64,000 bases of DNA from Daphnia carinata (lineage: Eukaryota): the NCBI RefSeq assembly GCF_022539665.2, contig NC_081332.1, forward strand, positions 7,378,001 through 7,442,000, given 5' to 3'. The first letter of the stretch is position 1. Every line of letters starts with the position of its first letter. Below, in pieces: positions 38,373 through 50,937 of the stretch. Below the pieces are notes generated by a model that saw only the letters and a program-made list of their open reading frames with translations, was not told where the DNA came from and did no database searches. A program made the translations under genes and the position numbers.

Positions 38373-41300
38373 ATTCAGTTCCATACAGTTACTTCAAACC
38401 TTCTTTAGTTTTCATTATCTCGATTAAATTATGGGAACCAGAAGCTTTTAAGACTGTCGGTCTTAAAGCCATTACCGATCTTTCGAGATCTGTAACAAAG
38501 ATCGTGTGGTAAAGCTATATCTCTGTGATTTTTATATTAACAATTGCCTACTGTTGCCAAATAATTCCAAAATTGTCGTAGTTCGACGACACAAAAAATT
38601 TTCCTTATCTAATATTGAAATGTTTTTTTTACTTCATTTAACCTTCGAACGTTTTTTTTACATTTCTGTGGTATAATTTTGATTATTCAAATATCATAAA
38701 CTTAAAAACAAACAATTAACCAAATCATTGTGATAGAATATCTGTATGATTATGCTTCCATTAAAGAATCTATACTTGATCACTTTCCCGGAGATGAAAA
38801 TAATGACTTACATATAAATAAGCTTAACTTAAACCAGCTGAAAAATTGTAAACTATGCTCATCGTTTACGTGAACTTTTTAAAAGTAGCCTACCTATCCT
38901 GTAAGCTATACAGAAAATTCTTTTCAGTTATTCTTATGCAAAAATTTATCCAGGGACTAGATTGGAAACTGCAAGCTAAAGTACGATATAAAGAATAAAA
39001 AAATTTCAACGAACTTGTTGCATCGACACGAGTTAATGTCGTTTGCTTAGAAGCTTTAGAGGCAGACCGTGCAAACGAAAGTTTGTTAGGACAATAGACG
39101 AATCATACGACACCAAACGTGTTAAGTTAAAAGAGCTTAAACAAAGGTACTTGTTCAGAAGAAGATCGTAAATAATGCCGCTGCCAATTTTCGTAATAGA
39201 AATAAACATGCCGAGAATCCAAAATTAGAGAAAGAAGAAATTCAAGATGTTTGAAAGAATGTGATGTTTAAAAAAATTCGGTATCTTTGTGAGGATCGTC
39301 TGATTGACGTCGATATTTAAAAAAAGCTCAGCCTCCTATTTATTTTTTTGTGGTGAAATTGGCCATATATCTAATAATTGTAATAAGTTCTGAAATTCAC
39401 ATAGATCTAATATTCCACGTGCCCCTCAGCGGCAGATGATCCAATAGAAACCAACGTATCGGGAGATGGAACGTGTAAAATAACGACAGATAATAATTCA
39501 TTAAATAAGTCGAAATTTCCAAAAACACTATGTTAGGCATAATTGCAGTAATTAGTCAGGTCAACGGAAAAATTTATGTAAGTAAATCAGAAGACATGCC
39601 TAGCAAAGAACCTAAGCCAGTTTTAATTTCAAAAGGCGACTGAATTTCAAGCACCGTTCTGTAAACTATTAATTAGTTTTTTAATGAATTGTTGGCGCCC
39701 AAAAATTCAGAATTTAGGCTACAAAAAATGCATGATGCAAATGTAATTCAATATTAGCATTCTCCATGGCTTTACCCGAGGTTTTAGTAGAGAAAAAAAG
39801 GGGGAATTAAGATTTTGCGTCGATTTTCGAAAATTAGATAGTATTACGAAAAAAGACTCATTACCCATGCAAAGGATAGACTAAATATTAGACATTTTAT
39901 ATGGAAAGAAATTTTTTACAGCTCTCAACCTAGCCTCTTGCTATTAGCAGATTCAAGTAGATGATCCAGTTATCGAACAAAAACTGCGTTTGTAGTAGAA
40001 AACAATCTCCACTAATTTTAGCCTATTGGATTGGATTTGTGCAATTCACCTGCCACATTTCAACGACTAATGATTTGTGCACTGAAAGACGTTTAAAGAA
40101 GTAAGGCATTAGTTTATTTGGATGGTGCGGATGATTTACGCTATACTCGTGAAATCTTTGCTTCATTGAAAAATGCAGTTTAAAGTTAAAAAACTTAAGA
40201 AATGCCAGTTTAATAAGTGCTGGTAAATTATCAAGGGCCACGGGATCTCGACCGATGGAATTATTCCTGATCCGGGTACAATCGTTAAAATCGTGAATTA
40301 TAAACATTTGTTTCCCTGATAAAGTTATATCATTCCTCGGATTAGCTGGATATTACAGAAGATTTATAAATGATTTTAGATCAATTGCTAGACCGTTCAC
40401 TCACGAACCCCATTAGATTTCAACAGAGAACTTTTGCTTGGGGTACCAGGGAACAAATTTCTTTTGAGAAATTGCACACTCTTCTATTAACACCGCCAGT
40501 TCTCGTTTATCCCAATTTTAATTTAAAACATTTTACTTTTCACCGACATATGTGATTATCGAATGGGAGCTATTCTGTCTCAAATTTAAAATTGCCACTA
40601 GCATCCGATTACGTACTCCAGTAGACAATTAACAAAAGCTGAGGCAAAAATATGGTACCACAAAAAAAATCTCTAGTGGTCATAGATGCAATTATATATT
40701 TTCGACATTTCTTGGATTTTATTGAGTACACTTTTCAATGGCCTTACACCTTTACAATGACTTGAATATCACAAGGATAATAATGGAAGATTATGAATAT
40801 AGGCTATACTTTTAGCTACTACAAATTACGAATTCAAATGTAGGCCTGGACGTATTCACCAAAATACAGATTGTTTAACACGTTTAAAAGTAGCTTCTAT
40901 TCAACCAGGACAAAATAAAACATTGATTAGTGAAAAACAATTAGAAAAGTATGTTTGTTTTGCCATTCAAAACTATTTAGAGAAGGGAGAGCTCGAGGAA
41001 AGTTTACACTATCATTATCGACGTGAACTTCAGGAACTTTTTGGGCCACATTACGCCAGTTTAAGCTAACGGAAATAGTTATACTTTAGTGTTACAGATT
41101 ATTTTGGCCGATTGGTAGAAGCTGTTGCGTCAAAAGATCAGATTGCATAAACGACAGCAGAATGTGTCAGAATGAGCGGAAAACCGCTTTTGTTACACTT
41201 GAGGGTAGCATACTCTAGCCTTGAGGCCGGTACGACTCGTAGGTTGTATACTACGTTATCATACAAGGAATGGGAGCCGCTCTAAGTGTGCTTAGCGCTA

Positions 41301-41680
41301 CGTCTCTATGGCGCGGACCTAGGGATGGCACGTGGTGTTCAACCACTGCGCCACGCCCCTATCACGCTCCTGCTGGTTGGGCATGTTTCCTGTTTTCACC
41401 ATGACGGCATGACGTGCGCCACTGTATCTATCCTACTAATATATAAACCGTGTTTTTATTAGAAAAACGGAGTTTCCTTTGCTTGGTCTTATATTATACT
41501 TGTACCAGGACAATAATAAATAAACGGCTTTAACACTTACAATGGTATGCCAAAATCTATTCCTTCCGACCGTGAAACCAATTTCACGTCGAAATTATTT
41601 AGTAATTTTTGTGAAATTAAAAATCGATCAAGGTCTAACGACTGCTTAGAATCCAGCTAGTAATGAAGAAAGAGAAAGGT
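38373..41680 (+). mobile_element. Heavily decayed Ty3/Gypsy relic related to provirus B (gag-RT-RH-IN remnants)
   Basis: Nucleotide and peptide similarity to provirus B: KESILDHFPGDEN (~38765), FCVDFRKL (~39815), FLGLAGYYRRFI (~40335), RPGRIHQNTDCLTRLK (~40845), GMPKSIPSDRETNF (~41545). Many stops. Confidence 0.8.
41165..41535 (+). mobile_element. Candidate solo LTR inserted in the relic integrase
   Basis: TGTCAG...TTAACA, 371 bp, with TATATAAA and AATAAA. It interrupts the TTAEC...HGMPK segment of IN. No clean TSD. Confidence 0.5.
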
Positions 41681-42589
41681 TCTTATCCTTGTTCTGTCGA
41701 TTGGTTCTACTATTCGACCTTTTCTTAACGAGCAACTTTTTCCTTTTTGCTGTAAAACATATCATAACATAAGTATTTCTATGTAAAATGATGTAAACTT
41801 CCGCTATGGTTTTGTTATTTGCACCCAATAAACCTAAAAACAACAGTCGCCTATTTAAAAGGCTTGGTAGTAAAAAAAAGAAGGAAAACTGGTAAACGTT
41901 TGAAATATACTCATGAGACTCCGATTTCAGGCTAAACGCCGAGGCGCTAAAACGTCAAGCTATTATTATTGCAATTGGAAATTGCTTTTGGATGTATGTG
42001 TTTATTTTGTTGTTGCACAACTAGTAGGTTAAAAGTGAAATGTGGCGGAAGAGTAAGAACAACAAACCACATATTTCCTGTAGTTTGTTAAGAAAAAATA
42101 CGAAATTTCACGAATAAAATAGTTATGGACTTCTCTTAATCTTTACCATACGAAGGACAGGACTCCTTTCGCTTTATACGACGGCGAAGATCAGGCTCTC
42201 GAGGAAAAAAACAATTTTCCCAACGGATGTAAAAAAAATTTTTAATCTTGAATAAAAGTTTCACTAGCTAACGCCTACAATTTATTTCAACACTGTCGAT
42301 TTGCACTTTCATAGGCATACACAAAACTTAACGACAAAAACAGATTTGAAAATTTACTTAACGCTACGGACGGATTTGTGATGGTCGTACACTTCTACCC
42401 CAGTGAATAAGTGGACGAATTGCTTGTCGAGCCAACGATACTTAGCGTCTTACGGCCTGTGTAAGAGTAACAGTGTTACGAACTGCTGTCAGGGTAGAAC
42501 GCGTGGAGCATTTGAAACTGGTACCTATGCGTCCTGCAGTACGACGTTTACGGCCTTGTCCTGGGTAAACTTAAAATCTAACGATAGTG

Positions 42590-43550
42590 GTATGGAGAAT
42601 CGTTTACCGTCACTGTATTAAGCTTACGGTAATTCACGTAGAAAGGCCATGTTCCGTCTTTCTTTTTCACTAGGACCATAGGAGAAGACCACTGGCTGTC
42701 CGAGTGCTCGATTATTCCCTGGCGCAGCACTCTTTTTAACTTCAATCACACTCGTTCCTTCCACGCACTTTTATAGGGGAGCTGATGAATTAGAGGGCTA
42801 TTTCCCGTAGGCCTATTAATGTCGTGGTGCACCAAAGTAGAGTTTTCCACATCATCTTCGCTTAAAGCAAAGCAGCTAATGAATTTCTAGAGAATTTTCT
42901 TGGGTCTTCCTGCACGTTTTTCCCATGTTCCTCCTCCTCCAATTTTTCTAATGTTTCCATTGTTACGCTTTTCTCCAGCCATACAGGTTTCGGCTATAGG
43001 TTGGCTGCAAGAATTTTTTCTACATCAGTCTGAACGAGGGCATGGCACGTAGATAAGCTTGTAGCGACCAAAATGGAATGCGAAGGTTTCAGGATGCAGT
43101 CACCTTCCACATTGCTGGACACTTTTCCAGGAACAGATTTAATCCGGTACGCTGGAATTTCCTGGTGATCGCTGGTCACTAGCACTTTATCTTCTGAATT
43201 TTATACTGATGAAAGAGAAATTGCTGCGAACGATAGATCACCCATGGTGAGAGGAGATTTCTCCGTTTGTGGTTGATTTGTATAGATCCAAATTGCTTGG
43301 GAAAATTGTTTCCCGTCAGAAGTTCCATCCTTGACATAACCATAACTATCGCTTTTCCTTCACAGATCTGTTCTTGTGGGTCACCGTGATTTCGGCTGCT
43401 TCTTGGGGCATCACTTATATACCGTTTGCGAGAATAATCCGCAGAGCCATCCAATGACTGCTGCACGAAGGAATTTTCTTCAGCAGTTTGAAAAAGATGA
43501 CTGTAACTGCAGCACCGTATCAATCACTGCTGTGGCGAACACTTGCCCGC
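42590..43550 (-). mobile_element. Fragment of a different Ty3/Gypsy pol (protease to N-terminal RT)
   Basis: AVIDT(G)AAVTVI near 43520; GIIEHSDSQWSSPMVLVKKEDGTW...VNYRKLN at ~42615-42720. Abuts the BEL-C 3' LTR. Confidence 0.75.
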
Positions 43551-43903
43551 TGTTACTGATTTCCCGTGCTTGGAACGTAACAGAGACAGAGATGAGAGGG
43601 TTGATGTAGTAAGAGTGATTAGGTGAAAGAAAGATAAATAGAAAATGACTTAGGTGAGATAAATGACTGTGACTTTATTTCTCTGTTAAAGCGTAAAAGG
43701 GAAGGGAACGGGAAAACAGTTAGAAAAGTTAAATACTGGCTTAGAACAAAAATGAGATGACTGATCTGGGGGTATACTTCGAATACGACTGGCCCAATTC
43801 CCCCAAAAGGCAGAAAAAACGAAACCAAAAAATAAACCACACTAAATTGTGTAGGCTCGTGCCCCATACAGCACTGCCCGCGATGGCAGCACCGTAGGTG
43901 ACA
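43551..43903 (-). repeat. 3' LTR of BEL-C (353 bp)
   Basis: Minus strand TGTCACC...CAGTAACA directly after the PPT. Same terminus and similar size as the solo LTR at 62681-63031. Confidence 0.75.
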
Positions 43904-44016
43904 GCGGGACCCATCGTGACAACAGGTGAACTAAAGAACAAAGGTACTTGAAAAAAACAAAGTTTGAACATAATTTAATTTCCGTGCCTTGCGTTTCCGT
44001 AGTGAGAAGGCCGTCT

Positions 44017-44667
44017 TCAATGGTGGGGGAGATCTCTATAGGCCTTTTTGGGTCCAGACAGGATTTGGTGATGGTCCTGAGTGTTGCATAACGTGCAACG
44101 TCGAGGGTGAAGACAATCCACAATCTTGGTGTGGCCGGCGACGGCTGTCGGGACAAAACAACCGAAACAGCGTCGCTGGGGAAAGTGGAGTTCCAATCGA
44201 TCTTGATTAGTGAGGAGCATAAGGTCCTCACATTCAGGAATCATCCTTTTGCATGGGGTTGCTCCCGAGACGTGTGCCTTCAGGAAGCACGGGATGTTTG
44301 GAGTGTGCAGCGGGGCGATAAACGTGGGACGATCTGGAGTGGCGACCGACGTGGGTACCTGAGTGTCGGCGCCCTTTTCTGGAGCCTGGCGTAGGAGAGA
44401 CCCGATGTACCCACTCATCAGGGTCTCTCGCTTGGTCTTGAAGTGGATGTGCATTTTAACCAAGTCTTCGGAGAGGGTTGCAAGTTCTTCGTCGAAACTT
44501 AAGATGGCCCTTTGGTAAGCGTTAACTTGGTTGATAGCTTCCTTTTTTGCACGTGTTACGTTTGCTATCGTGTCGTTAATGTTGGCGACGCACTCTTGCT
44601 CCCGTTCCCTACTAACTTTAAGTTTTTCCTTCACGGATGCGGCTTATGGAGGTGGATATTCGGCCAT
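44017..44667 (-). CDS. BEL-C extra 3' ORF: coiled coil plus zinc-knuckle cluster (one in-frame TAA at codon 8)
   Basis: ATG at 44667 gives MAEYPPP*AASVKEKLK, then a heptad-rich N-half, then PCF..H...C....C...CFGC...H...CLHPRRCTLCNTQDHHQIL. Same strand as pol, between the IN stop and the PPT. Confidence 0.7.
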
Positions 44668-46174
44668 GACACTTACGTTGGACGTAGGTGTTCACAGGGG
44701 ACACGTTCACTAGACGAATTTAGGTCAACTGAATGTCGTCTGTTAGCAGGGTAGGCTAAACAGTTTCCAGCTTTGTATTACTAAACAGCAAGCGGCCTGA
44801 CTTTTGCTCTTTGCCCTATATTTGAACTTGAATATAGGTGGCGCTGAGCTTAGCGAACTCGCCACCAGAGTTTAAGTTGCGATTTTCTACGTTGTTGACA
44901 TTTTTGTGTCGTCTTTGCATGATTGTACTTGTCGCATTTCCAATTTTGAATTTGCGACTTCAGCTCTTGATTTGAACTCCATTACAAGCAGTAGTTACAT
45001 ATTTGCAATACTTAAGTTAGTTGCTTAAGTTAAGAACGTTTACGCTGTGGGAGATTCTCTTTTCTTTTCCTTTGCATAAACTTCTTGATCTTTTTCCGCA
45101 ACCCTAATACATAGTTTAGCCACAGGACGAATACATGGTCTTGGATGTTGGCTGAGCTTCACTTTCACTACTCGAACAACATTGTCCGTAGGGCTGGGAA
45201 TGACTTCAAGCACTTTACCAAACGGCCACTGACCACGCAAAGTATTTGGTTCAATTAGAAGCACCAGATCTCCCACGGTGACGTTAGGCCTATTTTCTTG
45301 CCATTTTCTTCTTTCTGTTAAGTGGGGGACGTATTCACGTACCATCTATTCAAAGAGTGTTGGAGGATGGCTTGGCTTTGTAGAAACTGCTTGGTAGTGT
45401 AAAGCATTCTTTTAGTAATAAAAGAACGTCTTTACGTGATTTAAAGACAAGTTGTAATAAGAAAATGAACTCGGGAAGGCGTTACCACAATGCCGAATAT
45501 ATTTTATTCTTATAGGCCGAAGATAATAAATGAATTACACAGATATAGAATATAAATGGGAAACGGAAATACAAATGGAGTCAGGTGAGTCTAGTCTTAC
45601 CGTCACCGCCGTGGCAAAGATGGAATAAAGATGTCAAACGTTGAAAGAGAAAAGATAAGACAGACGGAACTTGTCAGGCACACAAGAAGCGATGAAAGTA
45701 CTCACAATAATTATGGAATGAGTAACAAAATTGAACTACTATATTTGAAGAAATAGACAGCACTTGTAGCACTAAGAATGAGAACTGGAACTGGAAATAA
45801 CTGAAGGGCTGAAGAGAACTGTATGAGTATAGAACTAACTTTTGGGAACAAAAAGGGCATCCTTTTATACGTTTTACAGGCTTAAGGGAACATAGCATTT
45901 CCGACAAATGAGCTCCGGATGTCGTACGCAGGAACATTTCATATTCACGGAAATGCATGGCGCGACTTCCTACTCATGCAGATTCATCCAATCGGAAATA
46001 AGTAGAGCACAAGGTACAATATAAAAATAGAATTCAACGAAAGGGCAACAACACTTGAATTATGATATCTATAAGAAATAAAGACAACGGATATAATATA
46101 TAATCATATTAATAAAACAAACAATCAAAACACAATATAATTCAATAAAAATTTTATTTTATGACTTCGTTACA

Positions 46175-47893
46175 TCACTCCCGGCGGTGCGAGATTACGT
46201 CCCGTAATAAGACTTCATAAGCGAAATCCGGTTCTGGTTCTTGAATTGGGCGACAGCATAACTTGCTGATGAGTCCGAAAAATCCACAGCCATAACAGAT
46301 GCGTAGAAAAAGTAGACCAAGGAGGCAAAGTACACCAATAAAGAAATAATTTTTAATAGTTTCCCACCAGCTAGTATAAGAGTTCACTCCAGATGCTGAT
46401 AACAAAACGTTAGTTACACTTGGTCGATTATTGGCCGAAATTTCACTCGGCGAATGTTCATTCATAGCTGCGGCAATATCAGCCATAATACTCATATGAT
46501 CCATAATAGTTTCACCATACGCAGGGTTATTTTTATGTTCATAGTCAAAAAATTTCACATCTTCATAACGAAAAGAATGCGCAAGGTCTTGTACCGGTAA
46601 GACGATGCTTGCGTTCACGGGCTTCCAAGTGTTATTGCGAAACGCATAAGGTACGTCATTGAAGTTCACAAATCCATTAGTCCAATAACACGGCGAATAT
46701 TTAACAAGTTCCCAACCATCTAAATTAATGGTATAGTTTTTTAATTTTGGTTGCGGTCCACAAGACGTTATGACGGTCTCGAAGGTCACATTTAAAGGTT
46801 TGCACGATATGACAATGGCAGTTTTTCCAAATGCTTGTAATTTTGTGCATTTGGGTAGATCTAGATGCGAGGCAGCTAACCAGCCATTATACTGTGCTGC
46901 AATAATCGCTCTTACATGTTTGGCCTTTCTTGAATCACATTGTAAGATTTGAATTAATCGTGATAATTCATTTTCATGGTCCGTAAATTGATCACGAATA
47001 TATTGCAAGTTAGCGGGATGATCCAAATTTTGAGCGCTAGGTGGCGCGGGGTCCGCCAATGTTATTGTCAACAAATTTTCCATGATGGCCGCCGTTGTAA
47101 CGAAGAGTTTTGATTGGCCGACGATGTTAAAAGCATCAGATTTCTTTGAAGAAGAGTTTTGTATGGGAATACAACGCGGTTGAAAAGATAAATGAAAATC
47201 CAATTGTTTTTTATCACCTTGAAGGCGAAAAATTCTGTCCTTGCCCGTTTTTCGGATTAATTTCCCAATTCCAGATTCAATGAGATGAGCTTTGGGTTCA
47301 GTACGCTGAGTATAGGTTTTGTCCCAAACCAACGTTAAATGATTATGCGACAAATGACCTGTTGACGCGGAAGCAATACCAATAGGTGTGGAAAAATTAC
47401 CATCTTCAATATCTTGATAAAGACGAATTTTCTCGAGCGCACAATTGACAATTTCCACATCAATTGTTTGTAACCAACGACCGAAAATTTGAGGTTCACG
47501 ATCAAAAACATATTTATTTTCTGTAGCACTCATTTTTTGATCGTCGCACCGGAGACTGTTAATCATATCGTTGCACTCATTAGACGTAATGTCAAGCGGA
47601 ATTTTGTCAGGCACAATCACTAATTGTCCAAAAAAATTCATGGTGACATGGCGTATTTGTTTCCATTTAGCACAAATATGTCCAGGAAAATGAACAGCCG
47701 CACGCACTTCACTATATATAGAATATTGTACGTCAGCGGAATGTTTATCATTTATTTCCGGATGACAATCGGCATCCGAAAATTGAATTATTCCCATTTT
47801 CGACGACTCGGTACAATCACATACGGTCGCGTCAAAGGCTCGAACGTTAAGTCCGTAAAGACATAACAGTAACAAAATGGACAAAGACGACAT
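46175..47893 (-). CDS. env: env glycoprotein of provirus B, intact, 572 aa (class III fusogen-like)
   Basis: Signal peptide MSSLSILLLLCLYGLNVRA, FDATVCDC, GHIC..WK...TMNFFG, GRWLQT, ENEL...LQCD, TM helix YFFIGVLCLLGLLFL, Cys-rich tail and YEVL motif. Confidence 0.92.
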   Translation of the reverse strand: MSSLSILLLLCLYGLNVRAFDATVCDCTESSKMGIIQFSDADCHPEINDKHSADVQYSIYSEVRAAVHFPGHICAKWKQIRHVTMNFFGQLVIVPDKIPLDITSNECNDMINSLRCDDQKMSATENKYVFDREPQIFGRWLQTIDVEIVNCALEKIRLYQDIEDGNFSTPIGIASASTGHLSHNHLTLVWDKTYTQRTEPKAHLIESGIGKLIRKTGKDRIFRLQGDKKQLDFHLSFQPRCIPIQNSSSKKSDAFNIVGQSKLFVTTAAIMENLLTITLADPAPPSAQNLDHPANLQYIRDQFTDHENELSRLIQILQCDSRKAKHVRAIIAAQYNGWLAASHLDLPKCTKLQAFGKTAIVISCKPLNVTFETVITSCGPQPKLKNYTINLDGWELVKYSPCYWTNGFVNFNDVPYAFRNNTWKPVNASIVLPVQDLAHSFRYEDVKFFDYEHKNNPAYGETIMDHMSIMADIAAAMNEHSPSEISANNRPSVTNVLLSASGVNSYTSWWETIKNYFFIGVLCLLGLLFLRICYGCGFFGLISKLCCRPIQEPEPDFAYEVLLRDVISHRRE

Positions 47894-49510
47894 TTCTACA
47901 TACGCAAAAAAAACAATACATAAGAAAAATTTAAACCGAGCAGTGGCCAAAAATATTGTACATCGACATTGGAATCTTTTTTAATATATATATATATAGA
48001 TATTGAGAATAGAATAAAAGACAAGAGAAAAAAGAAAGTAAAAGTAATAAATTTTGCCGTCGACTCCCAAAAGGTCAACTATTTCCCGTCGGTTTTTCAG
48101 TAACTGCGCTACGGCAAAGGATAGGGAATAAAAGGGTGTCGCATTATAACTGTGTTAAAGAGGAAAAAACGCGCGTAATTATCAAAAAGAAATAATAGAA
48201 AAAGATTGATTCGTTTAATTATGCGGAGAAGAAAAGAAACGTTAAAAATTTCACGGCGGAAAAAGTCCGTGCGCGAAAGGTCAAACTCGGGTTTTCATTT
48301 TTTTCTAAGTCCAACGCAGGGAAAAGGGACTTGGCTAGGAACGAAGGGAAAAGAATGTGAAATACGAACGGGTGGGCGGAGCCAATGCGCCTTGAGGGGA
48401 AACAAGGAATTTTCCGAATACGAATGCAAGTGTATGGAAAGGCTTGTTAGTTGCCCTCCGGCAAAAAGAGGGAACAAAAATATTTTTCTCTACTTGGTTC
48501 AAAATGTCTGTACGCTTCAAAATTGAAGAAGAAGGAACGGAAGGAGGTGTGAAAGGGAGATGATAAAACTCAACGAAAGGAAATATATTTCTTAGCTCGC
48601 TGGGAAGTGTTGGGGCAGCTTCAGTGTGTAAGAAAAGGAAAGTGAAAAGAAGTAAGAAAAGGAGGTTGATAAAAGTAAACGAAAGAAAATATATCCCCTC
48701 ACTTGCTGCGAAGTGTTGGAATAGTTTTAGTGTTCAACGGAAAAGACAAGTGAAAAGAAGTGTATAGTGAGGGTCGCGTTGGGGAAAATCTGGGCGGTAG
48801 TTACATTCCATAAGAAGAAGTACAGAAAAAGTGGCTTTGGGGTGCTGTAAAAAGAAGAGTTGTGTGTGCGAAATAATTTTGTGCAACTATAACAGAAGTT
48901 TTTGTTTTCCTAGAGTGATTTTGTGCACTGCACGAAATATATATTGTGTTAGTGTTGTTATTTTATGAAATGCGAACCAATACACGAAAATTTTTTTTTT
49001 TTCAACTACCTTAAACGCTCTTTTACTATCTGGTTATAATTTTTTATATTTTTGTTTTCTCAAAAAAAAAAAATGTATATTATGTTAGTGTCGTTATTTT
49101 ATGAAATGTGAAACAATACGTAATTTTGAAACTTCCTTAGTACTCATTTTGACAATTCGAAAAAGAAATAGGTTGGTGAACAAAAGGGAAGGTAAAGTAT
49201 AAAACAAAATAAGTGCAAATACACAACAAAAATTTACGTATTCCCTTATTACTTTCATTTCATTATTTCCTCCTTTTTTTTTTTTTTTTTTTTTTTAACA
49301 GGTGATTTGTATATACGTCAGGTGATATAGGTATCATGACGTCAGAGCACCTTTATGTCTGTTTTTTACAAAGAGGAAAAACATTCAAATACAATATGAA
49401 ATCAAAATCTGTATATAATATTTAATAGATTACAACGGGGCACATAAGATACAAGTATAAAAGGGATGAATGTGGGTAAAACAATAACATAAAGACAATG
49501 TAACGAAAGG

Positions 49511-50017
49511 CTAATCACCGATGGTTATGACCACCGGGCCGCTGGGGCGCCTTCCGGCCCGTCCGCAGGTGGGGCATACGTCTTGTATCCACCATTGGGA
49601 TAACGCCCAATTGTGTGGTGAAGGCATACGGTTTTGCGGGTCAAGCTCCAGGATCTCCTGAAGTTTTTCTACTGATCGTTTCCATTGACCCTCGTTTAGA
49701 GCTTTGTGTAGCTCTAGTTTTAGAATTCCGGTTCGAAGGTTCAGGTAGTGCAGGTTGAGGTCGCGTTGGGTAGGCCAGTTAGGGGGAACGGCCAAGAGTT
49801 CCGAGAGTGGCCTGAGTCGGATCGGGTTGGGGTGCGCCGGTGTGGGGGGCGGGTTGCTGTGGTTCCGGGGCGGAATAGATGGTGGTGTAACACGGCCAGA
49901 TGGCCCCGCTTCCGGCTCCCCGAAATCAATTGGCCTCAGCCGCCAACCACTGTCGGAACTATGCCGACGAGTAGTGTATGATGGTAGCCGATGGCCTCTG
50001 TTGTTATCCTTTGGCAT
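49511..50017 (-). CDS. Provirus B accessory ORF-b, 168 aa (Pro-rich N-terminus; TPR-like hairpin + CxxC)
   Basis: Sense-strand ATG ORF forming a GC-rich island in an AT-rich spacer; C-terminal domain paralogous to 50938-51531. Confidence 0.7.
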   Translation of the reverse strand: MPKDNNRGHRLPSYTTRRHSSDSGWRLRPIDFGEPEAGPSGRVTPPSIPPRNHSNPPPTPAHPNPIRLRPLSELLAVPPNWPTQRDLNLHYLNLRTGILKLELHKALNEGQWKRSVEKLQEILELDPQNRMPSPHNWALSQWWIQDVCPTCGRAGRRPSGPVVITIGD

Positions 50018-50937
50018 TTTTCGGAAAGAAAAAAAACTTTTCTTGACAGAACGACGTTACGAGTTGCGATGAAGGATTGATTCCCGGCCATCCAACAGCG
50101 TCGAATATATTTTAAGATATTGTTGTCGTCAGCTGTGTTGAACAATTTCTCGGAATCGGGAACTAGTTCCCTTTGTTTTTCAAAAACGACACGTTTAATG
50201 CCTTATTTTAATTGCTTCTTCTTGATGTTGTAAGCAAATCTTCCGTTGCCGAATCCACTATTGATGCAAGCGAGAGCAGATGTAATCTTATAGGGGAACA
50301 TTCGGACAGTAGCGGACTACAAATTCCCCGAAACACAGAAACATATACAAAATTCATGTATATCAAACATTAATATATATATCAGGAGTAACAAGTGGTA
50401 CAATTAATCATAAATAGGAGAAATCACACAGCTCATCATCGAAATTCATATATATATACATATATACGTGTGTACATATATATATATATGCGTTTCCTGC
50501 ATTCGCACCTCTTGTCATCGTACCCTTGTCCGATTTGATTACAGTAGAGTAATACTATTCTTCAACTATTGATATTTGCATTCAATTTTTCCTACTCTTA
50601 TTGTTATATTTTTATTTGTTTTATGTTAAGTCCTCCTCAACCATGTATCATAGAAGAGAAAACTCTCCTATCATCACAGGGAAATAGTAAATAATAATGA
50701 AGTGAAAAAAAATTATACGAGATTCCGAACCTAAGCGTAAATATATTTGAACGTCGGACGAGCGAATATAAGAGATGCCATGCCATACAAGTCGGTTGAA
50801 AATACAAACATGAATATGAAAGAGAATAATTGTAAGAACTCATACACAAAAGGATAACATTACCCATACACAAAAGCACTACAACAAAGAGAATAAAAGA
50901 ATTTATTAAAGTGACGAAAATATCGGGTCATCTTCCT

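Noticed and set aside
43741..43971. Small hydrophobic ORF sharing 'GPAVT' with ORF 33615-33803
   Set aside because: The shared peptide is just the translation of the PPT-LTR junction (CCCGCTGTCACC).
45674..45958. ORF duplicated at 58556-58804
   Set aside because: It lies inside the two LTRs of provirus B, and its frame is not preserved between the copies.
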